DNA of 41,925 nucleotides, filler included, from Nematocida ausubeli (taxonomy: Eukaryota): NCBI RefSeq assembly GCF_000738915.1. It is 17 parts of 15 records of this genome, joined end to end, with 100 filler letters (N's around TTAATTAATTAA, not from the genome) between each part and the next. Parts side by side here need not be neighbours in the genome. Positions count along the whole stretch, not along the records: positions 33,501 to 35,111 come from NW_026515652.1; positions 35,212 to 36,709 come from NW_026515653.1; positions 36,810 to 38,124 come from NW_026515654.1; positions 38,225 to 39,425 come from NW_026515655.1; positions 39,526 to 40,704 come from NW_026515656.1; positions 40,805 to 41,925 come from NW_026515657.1; 11 more parts are not named here. One strand, 5' to 3'. The notes below the pieces were generated by a model, which was not told the DNA's origin, made no database searches, and saw only the letters and a list, made by a program, of their open reading frames with translations. Each line of letters begins with the position of its first letter. Within the stretch, counting starts at the first letter, position 1. Positions 34,241 through 41,925 of the stretch are shown one piece after another. Made by a program: the position numbers and the translations under genes.

Positions 34241-34430
34241 GGTCCCGGTAGGTCCCTGCTATACACCTGTATTTGCTCGGTAATTACTAGCGGTCCCAAC
34301 GTGTCCCCCAAGCGGTCCCAGGAGACTTTCTAGCCGGTCCCAGAGAGTTCGCCCTCAAATACGGCTTATGCTACTGTTTCTATTGCATAAACGTCCGGCA
34401 CACCGTGCGTACGGTGTGCACTACTGTAGT
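34241..34430. promoter_or_regulatory. Putative oriT region
   Basis: GGTCCC repeats at 34241, 34251, 34292, 34314 and 34336. Perfect hairpin GCACACCGT-GCGT-ACGGTGTGC at 34398-34419. Located upstream of RHH-traD. Confidence 0.55.
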
Positions 34431-34691
34431 CCCATATCCTCCGTGCTGTACTGGCTCTGGTTCCTGCCTCGGTCGATCCCGGGAAGGTTCCCGTTTTGCG
34501 CGAGGATCGTGGCCGCCGGGAGGCGGAACGGGGTGGATGATTGCGTGCTTCGCACGCGGGGTTTCATGGCACTGGCAGGGGTCATTTCAGGGTCTCCGAC
34601 AGAGTTGAAGTTGCGGCGTTGCGTTATGGTCCGTGGCGGCTAGAATGGGAGGGTTCAGAGCCCGATCAGCCGAACATGAAGGATAAAGGAA

Positions 34692-34916
34692 ATGGCGAAA
34701 TCACTGGATGCCGAACTGGCCGCGATCGAGGCCGAGGAGCGCAAGCTGTCCGAGCGTCGCAAGGCGCATCAGGGACGGGTGCGGGAGGCTGCGATCGAAC
34801 GGGTCGAGAAGGCGGGTTTGCTGAAGCTTCCGCTCGATCGGCTCGACGGCCTGATGAAGTCGGTGAAGACGCTGGGCGTCGAGGAAGTCGAGAAGCGACT
34901 GAAGGCGTCAGCCTGA
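34692..34916 (+). CDS. Small coiled-coil plasmid protein (first leading-region gene)
   Basis: 74 aa with AAGGA RBS, GC3-rich codons, and a candidate TTGCGT-16-TAGAAT promoter at 34619-34646. Confidence 0.75.
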   Translation: MAKSLDAELAAIEAEERKLSERRKAHQGRVREAAIERVEKAGLLKLPLDRLDGLMKSVKTLGVEEVEKRLKASA

Positions 34917-35213
34917 AGTCGGTCGAGCCGGGTCGAGGAACGCAGGCTGGCGTTCGGCATGATGCCGGTCGCCAGCCTGCGTCGCTATCGGACAGGACCG
35001 GCGCGATGCGCAGCGCTCGCGAGGCCGCAGGGCCGATGCGATGGGCAAGCGAGCTGGTCCGGGCGATCGGTCGATGGCTCCAACGGTATCAGGCAAAAAA
35101 ACGGGGCGCGCNNNNNNNNNNNNNNNNNNNNNNNNNNNNNNNNNNNNNNNNNNNNTTAATTAATTAANNNNNNNNNNNNNNNNNNNNNNNNNNNNNNNNN
35201 NNNNNNNNNNNTC

Positions 35214-35678
35214 AAGCCCCTGCCGGAGGAGCTTTTGTGCGCGCTGTCTCCTGCTCGCCCTGCGCAGGTGCGCGCTCCATTCGGCGCGCTGCGAATGCCA
35301 AAGGACCCGGAGCTGTGGCTGCCCGAAGATGTGGCAAACGAGCAAGACGTGGTTGCCTTTGTCTCGTACATTCGGTCGTACAAGGAGCATCTGCTGAAGC
35401 ACGTGCTGAACTACAAAGAGCTTGACTTCGCAGGGCTAACAGACCTGTACTGTCTGAAGCGCCTGCCGCACGTGCCTGAGATGCGGGGCGTGCACATTCC
35501 GCGGCTACCTGCCCTTCCAAAGAAGAAGGAGTGCGTGCCATTTGAGTTGGTTGAGGGCACAGGCCCAGAGGGCACCCCCGCAGAGGATGCGCCATGTTCT
35601 GCTCCTCCAAGAAAGGCCCCCGCTAGAAGAACGCGCCGCGCTAACATACCCAACATATACAAGCGACAGAAGCGATAG
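35214..35678 (+). CDS. SPB4: DEAD-box RNA helicase SPB4/DDX55, C-terminal extension (5'-partial)
   Basis: AFVSYIRSYKEH..LNYKELDFAGLTDLYCLKRLPHVPEM, followed by a basic tail. Confidence 0.72.
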   Translation, partial: KPLPEELLCALSPARPAQVRAPFGALRMPKDPELWLPEDVANEQDVVAFVSYIRSYKEHLLKHVLNYKELDFAGLTDLYCLKRLPHVPEMRGVHIPRLPALPKKKECVPFELVEGTGPEGTPAEDAPCSAPPRKAPARRTRRANIPNIYKRQKR

Positions 35679-36061
35679 ATGATAGCTGAAGAAATATAGC
35701 GCTATACAGTATAATAAATATATTCACTGATATTGCTGTATACTGAAGGTACGCATGTGCATACACATAGTCTGTCCGTATTTATTTGTGCGTAAGCACA
35801 CATTCTTTCTCTACATATATATGCTATGTGCTATTGCAGTGTTTTTTATTGGTGATATCGGGCTATACCTCTGCATACTTATTATATTCTATGCGGAGTG
35901 CATTGAGATTAGAGTAGACTTCTGGCTATATACTATACAGGTGCTGTGTATAGACATGCTATGCAAAATACTTGGTCTGTGATATGGTATTCTAGAATAT
36001 TTATTGTTTGCAATCCTTGCTATAATACGCTGCAGGGTTTTAATTCATGTGTCTGCTGCTT

Positions 36062-36709
36062 CTACAGAGTACTCTCTTCTGTAGCTGCTGGCTGTGATGT
36101 ATTTTCCTCCTGCGGTGCTTCTCTTGGCCTTCTTGGCGCCCTCACAGGCTTCTGCGCCTTCTCTGGGTGCAGTGTTGCAGTAACATGCAGCAGAACTCCC
36201 TTTAGCCCGCTGTGGTGCCGCGCTGCCAGAACTGTGCCCATGTATGTCTCCAGCGCAGCCAGGCTCTCTGGCGCGTCTTTTAGCGCGCGCACTGCCTGCT
36301 TTGCCACTGGCGTAAACGCATGGAGGTTGATCTTCTCTGGGCGAATCTTTCCAAGCACAGACAAAAGCCTCTCCTTGGGCAGTCGCGCGATCCCCACGCC
36401 TCTCAGGGAGTGCACTGTGCATGCCTTCTCTGTCAGCGCGTATATGCACAGCTTCTCTATCGCATGCACTGTCTCGCTGCTCTCTGGAAGGGTCTGCAGC
36501 GCGGACAGAAGTGCCTGTGCATACACAAAGTCGTGCACGCCCGTGCGCATGCTCTGCACGTACTGCGACGTGGCCTCCACAAGAGCCTGCTCTCCGCGCT
36601 GTGTTCTGAGCACTGCAAGCCCAAGCGCGCGTACCTTCTCCTCTGGAACTGTCTCTTTGTGCACCTTCTTGTATATAGCGAGCACTCTCTTCCACACGGG
36701 CAGCGGAGA
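36062..36709 (-). CDS. Hypothetical helical protein, 5'-partial
   Basis: Open frame of more than 211 codons to the contig end with protein-like composition. Convergent on SPB4 across an AT-rich spacer. Confidence 0.6.
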   Translation of the reverse strand, partial: SPLPVWKRVLAIYKKVHKETVPEEKVRALGLAVLRTQRGEQALVEATSQYVQSMRTGVHDFVYAQALLSALQTLPESSETVHAIEKLCIYALTEKACTVHSLRGVGIARLPKERLLSVLGKIRPEKINLHAFTPVAKQAVRALKDAPESLAALETYMGTVLAARHHSGLKGVLLHVTATLHPEKAQKPVRAPRRPREAPQEENTSQPAATEESTL

Positions 36710-36809
36710 NNNNNNNNNNNNNNNNNNNNNNNNNNNNNNNNNNNNNNNNNNNNTTAATTAATTAANNNNNNNNNNNNNNNNNNNNNNNNNNNNNNNNNNN
36801 NNNNNNNNN

Positions 36810-38124
36810 AAATATTTTGGATCTTCCTCTAAACTGTACTTTGTATTGATTTCTGGTGCAAAGAATCTTTTGTTGTACATGCACTCCATTTTCTGGTATA
36901 TGTACCCCCGGAGGAAGTTAAGAGGACCATCCGGGTTTATTGTCACTGACAATGCATCAGTTTCAATTTTAAACTGCAGAGTGGCCTCCACTTCATCCAA
37001 TGTCATGTCTGCCCTGCAGATGCTCATAAGTAGAATTCCAATTAAGGTAACTGCCTTGATCCAAATAGCGGAAGAACCTATTTTCATTAAATAAAATAAA
37101 TCATTTTTAATATATATTAACCGATAAATTTAAGGTGGTTTTATATGATATTTCTATTGGTTTTCGGATTATATACTATTATCAATAGTTTTCACTGGAT
37201 ATAACCCGAACCCGAATATACGTATTTAAACTATTGGCATCTCCAAAAACAAGTGATATTTCGTCTAGAGAAGACTGATTTCTAAAATATAGGGTATTGT
37301 GTTTAGCAAAGCATCATTCATATATTCTGTCGATTTCTTTCTATAGGTTACTACTAAGTATTGATTTCTCTTTTTTAGAGAAATAAACCTCTTCATCATA
37401 TCAGCAATATAAACTGATGCTAGTCATTGTCTTCTAAGTTTTGTCGGTAGGCCAACATGCTACAAAGGGCTCCACTTGTTTACACATCTACCATTGAGTG
37501 ATTCAACAAATGAAATATATTTTCATTTGCCTTAAGTTATCTAACTTGCGTGGTATCGCTTTGATAGACTTTTCATAGAGGTCTATAAATAGAGGATGAA
37601 AAATAAACTATATTCAAATTTGTATGAACGAGTCTAACATTTCTAGGAGGGTAAATCAGCTCTATTAGCTGTAACTTTAGTTACGTTTTTGCACATATAT
37701 AACACAAATTATGTGTTTGCTGAAATATCACGTGTTTTTGGGCATAGCAACAGGTTAAACATACGTATATACATATTATTGGATAATATCCAGTGAAAAC
37801 TATTGATCAACGTATATAATCCGAAAACCAATAGAAATAGCATATAAAACTTTCTCAAATTTATCCGTTACTATATATTAAAAAAATAATTTATTCTATT
37901 TATAAAATGATTTTTTCGGTTATTTGGATCAAGGCAGTTGCTTTAATCAGTGTTCTACTGATGAACACCCACCGAGCAGACATGACATTAGACGAAGTGG
38001 AGACCACTCTGCAGTTTGAAATTGAAACGAATTCTTCTCAAATGGTGATAAATCCAGATGGCCCTCTTAACTTCCTCCGTGGATACATATACCAGAAAAT
38101 GGAGTGCATGTACAACAAAAGATT
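36810..38124 (-). repeat. Reverse-complement duplicate of 31634-32948 (contains the same two gene starts at 37087 - and 37907 +)
   Basis: Same 1315-bp length and identical translations. One breakpoint is shared. Confidence 0.95.
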
Positions 38125-38224
38125 NNNNNNNNNNNNNNNNNNNNNNNNNNNNNNNNNNNNNNNNNNNNTTAATTAATTAANNNNNNNNNNNNNNNNNNNN
38201 NNNNNNNNNNNNNNNNNNNNNNNN

Positions 38225-39329
38225 AACCAAGCACAAGGCCTTGCAAAAGATGTGCCAGCTGAAGATGTGCATTCTGTGTCTAGCAGCTATATACACAGTA
38301 GTAGACCGCATGCAGGGCAGAGAGAGAACAGTCTGCTATCTTATGCCTGCTGCTGTAAATGCGCATGCTGTGGGCCTTATGGACGAGCCTGAGGATGCGT
38401 GTGCACACCCTGACTTGGAGTATGAAAAGGTAGTATCCAGACTTGCAGCCTCAAATGACACCGATAAATGTGCCAGACAGGTGTTTATTAGTCTGGATAG
38501 CGAGGACTTCAATGCGGTTGAGGTAAAGGACAAGCAAATGCAGGACTTGCTTGATCTCCTTGAGGGGGCAAACAAGCTATTTGAAATAGACGGCAGCACA
38601 CAGAAAGATGCAGCAAAGAGCCAAATAGGGCTATCTAACAACACCGGTCCAGAAGATGGAAGAAAACCCAGTCCAGAAGATGAAAGCAGAGCCAGTCTAG
38701 AAGGCGCCCTTTTGAAGGAGATTGAAGATGTATGCACAAAGGAGAAAAAGCTCTTACGGAAACTGCGCAGTGTATATACAGCGAGAAACAATCAAAACAG
38801 TATTATGGAAAGGGCAGAAGAGAGGCGGTACCGCTCAAAGGCGCGCTATGTGGAGTATTTGGTGGAGGGGATAGAGTACCAGTGGTGGCAGTGCAAAGCA
38901 ATGAAAGAGTGCTTAGTCTATGCAAATACTGTATTCACCCGAGTAAGTCTAAACAGACAGTCCAAGTGGCTTAAGAAGGGGCGTCTAACCCGGTCAGGCA
39001 AGCCAGATCAAGCTGCGCTTCTGGACAGAGCTATACAAGCAAGTTTTCAAGTAATGGGGCCTATAGAAGATGTCTTTGACTATATTGATAAAGTCTATAT
39101 TAAAAAGGTAAATAAAATACTCAGAATAATAGAGAAAATAGACAGATATATAAAGCTGTGCATATCCGAAGAGGAGCACAAGGAATGCAAGGTGTTTGTA
39201 GAAGTTCTATCCAAGGTGTGCAAGTATATTAAGGACACCCTCCCAACAGCCCTAAATCCAGGTTATACCAGCGAGCATAGACATTCCCATGAGGTCTCTA
39301 TGCATATGCGCCATTTAAATCTGATATAG
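38225..39329 (+). CDS. Membrane/secreted family protein (paralogue of 26722+39526); start probably lies at 40681
   Basis: CILCLAAIY, IEYQWWQCKAMK, GKPDQAA and IKDTLPTAL motifs are shared with the paralogue. Confidence 0.85.
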
Positions 39330-39525
39330 CCCAAGCTCTTTAGTATGTATACAGAGTAAAATAAAAATAAAATACTTCAACTATACTATTAGCACATTGA
39401 CCCGTATTAGGCACACAAAGAGAGCNNNNNNNNNNNNNNNNNNNNNNNNNNNNNNNNNNNNNNNNNNNNTTAATTAATTAANNNNNNNNNNNNNNNNNNN
39501 NNNNNNNNNNNNNNNNNNNNNNNNN

Positions 39526-40373
39526 GCATAACCACTGCGAAGGACGTGTGTGCATGCGATATACAGCAAGAGAGGGCACACAGACCAGCAGGTTTAAATT
39601 CTGCAGATGCGCATGCCAGGGATCTGTTTGTTGCGTTGGACAGAGAGGCAATGGGCATAGCCCGAATAAAGAGGCAGGTGCTGCCAAAGGTGCTTCGGGT
39701 CCTTGAAGAGTCAGACAGTCTGTCCAGCATGCACGAGCCGTACGAGGAGTACACAGCAGAGAGCCTAGTAAGGCCGCCAGCCAGTCCAGAATATGGCATG
39801 AAAATAGCTAGGTTTGAAGAGCTGGGCTTGAAGAAGGAAAGTCTCAAGAAGGCCGTGGATGCCATCTATTGCGCACTAAGTGTGGAGTGGGGTGCAGTGC
39901 GCGCTGCAAAAGAAAGCACCTCTGTTACAAAGGAGTACTTTATGGCGTATTTATTGGCTGCGATAGAGTTCCAGTGGGCCCAGTGCAAGGCAATGAAGGC
40001 GGAGCTGGAGTATTTACACACAAAGACTGCCCGAATGCACGCGCTGTGCGAAGCCAGGCAGATCGAGAAAGAGCACGCCTGCCAGACAGGCCACCCAGGC
40101 CAGGCTGCGGAGCTAGGCCAGGCGGTCAAAGAAAGCTTGATCAAAATGGATGGCATACAAGAGAGCCTTGATTATCTGGATAGAACCTACACCAGCGAGA
40201 GAGACAAGACAGCCAGACTAGTAGACAGGACACAAAAGTATGCAGCCCTCTATGTAACACAAGAGGAGCACAGAGAGCAAAAGGAGACTATATCCCGCCT
40301 ATCCAGTCTGTGCAGACACATTGAGGATGCACTCCCAGCAGCTCTGAGGCTGGAATATGATGAGTTTAAGTAG
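39526..40373 (+). CDS. C-terminal part of the protein that starts at 26722
   Basis: IEFQWAQCKAMK, GHPGQAA and IEDALPAAL motifs. 40-nt overlap with 27017-27056. Confidence 0.85.
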
Positions 40374-40680
40374 ATCCTTCTTTGGGCACACAGTCTATTC
40401 CCCGATCCAGCACTGTATATGGACACACCCAAACAGCTGCTCGTCTGCACACTGTGAGTGGTCTGTCTGTCTATGCTAGACTAAAGTCAGTGCACGCTTG
40501 TTAAAACACAGGACAGTTAATTATAATGCATATATATACTAGTGAGAAAACTTCTGCAATTAATAAAATAAAATAAAGTATTTATATACGGGTATATAGA
40601 GGTATAGTGTGTCTAATATAAATCAAGTATTCCTGATAAATTGCTAGATAGGCTATAAATAGAGTAAAAATAGATAAATT

Positions 40681-40704
40681 ATGACCAGCCGAGGAACCAA
40701 GCAC
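40681..40704 (+). CDS. Probable first 8 codons (MTSRGTKH) of the 38225-39329 gene
   Basis: ATG follows an AT-rich leader. The terminal AACCAAGCAC equals 38225-38234 and is in frame. Confidence 0.65.
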
Positions 40705-40804
40705 NNNNNNNNNNNNNNNNNNNNNNNNNNNNNNNNNNNNNNNNNNNNTTAATTAATTAANNNNNNNNNNNNNNNNNNNNNNNNNNNNNNNNNNNNNNNN
40801 NNNN

Positions 40805-41925
40805 TCGGAGTTTTTGACTTCAAATCGCTAAAAATTGGCCAATTGTCGATATTTAATGTCAAATTGATCTTCAGCATTGCCCTGGGCTTTTTAGGTGTGC
40901 GAAATTAGCTGAAAATTTGGAAAAAATGACCCAAAAAACGATTTTTCCAGCAGCTGAAAGCTCTGAAAATAATTAAAAATCCCCGAAAAATGACCCAAAA
41001 TTACCCAAAAACGATGTGTTTTTTTTTCTTTTAGAAATCAATTTTCCTAAAATTGTTCGTTCTAAAAACTTTTTTTAAAAATTCAAAATTATGAAAAAAA
41101 ACCTCCAAAAAACTGATTTTTGAAGTATAATTTGCATGTTATCGAAATTAACTTGCAAAATTGAAAAAAAATGGCTTAAGATGCGATTTTTTCCAGCAAA
41201 TTTGACTTGAAAAGTTGGAAAATAGATTTAAAAAAACGAATTTTTTGAAAAATCCGGCATTTTTCGCTTAGAAACTCAATTTTCTGCATTTTTTCGTCTT
41301 AAAAACTCTCTTTAAATTTTTTTAGGTTAGTTCAAGCTCAAAACAATCAAAATTCAGAATATTTCCACAAAAATTTGAAATCTGAAATAAAAAATCCTTA
41401 AAAACCAATTTTCAGACTCAAAAATAGCTTTAAAAAATCCTGATTCTTCAACTTTTTCCAGTTTTTTTTGCCCTGAAAAAGGAAAAAATCCGAATTTCCA
41501 GTAATTTTTCGCTTCAAAATTTGAAGATTTTTTTTTCATGAAATCCCATATTTAAAGCCGAAAAACACTGAAATTCGAGTTTTATAACTCAAAATCTCAA
41601 AAAATCCAATTTCTCACTGTTTCCTTGCCAAAAACCTCATAAGAATTCGATTTGCTTTGCAGACAAAGTATATTTTTTCCTTAAGAACAGAAATTACTGA
41701 AATTCATATTTTTCGCCGAAAAAAACCGAGAATAATTCAATTTTCAGTCAAACATTTCATATTTTTCGCCGAAAATCACCAAAAATTCTGGGAAATCTCT
41801 ACAGCCAAAATTGTCACTAAAAATGCGCTTTTTTCTGATTTCCACTACAACTTTTTCCTCACGAGGGACGAGGAAAAGTGGTTTCTAGGCCATGGCCGAG
41901 GGGCCGACAAGTTTCAGCGGCCATT
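40805..41925. other. AT-rich Caenorhabditis-like non-coding DNA with An/Tn clusters
   Basis: Dense A4-7/T4-9 runs, short duplicated motifs (e.g. TCATATTTTTCGCCGAAAA twice) and no credible ORF. Confidence 0.6.

Noticed and set aside
29625..35111. Bacterial genes as horizontal transfer into the microsporidian
   Set aside because: They are confined to their own contigs, with bacterial RBSs and operon overlaps and no junction to eukaryotic sequence.
5083..40804. Recurrent TTAATTAATTAA motif as a CRISPR-like or biological repeat
   Set aside because: Always embedded in exactly 44 N on each side; it is an assembly linker with six-frame stops.

Overview
This window is not one locus. It is 17 small unplaced contigs joined by 16 identical 100-nt artificial spacers (N44-TTAATTAATTAA-N44), and three organisms appear to be mixed in it. 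(1) A microsporidian, most likely Nematocida, contributes a compact GC-rich rDNA unit (SSU, short ITS, fused 5.8S-LSU), tRNA-Pro(AGG), a taspase-like Ntn hydrolase, an SPB4/DDX55 helicase fragment, five distinct members of a large secreted gene family (NemLGF1-like) and a second paralogue cluster. (2) A Caenorhabditis-like nematode host contributes AT-rich contigs with TTTCAG introns, including a DUF316-like gene. (3) A GC-rich alphaproteobacterial, probably sphingomonad, plasmid contributes a resolvase end, an HNH-like gene, a RelE/HigB-Xre toxin-antitoxin pair, and TraD/RHH with a putative oriT and leading region. The most notable observations are: a secreted large-family protein ending in a Ras-like polybasic + CC-aaX lipidation motif; a ~290-bp direct repeat flanking that gene, which folds into a long hairpin with a compensatory base change; and three contigs that rejoin in frame into a tandem paralogue array. 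Family and taxon names come from recognition of motifs, not from database searches.
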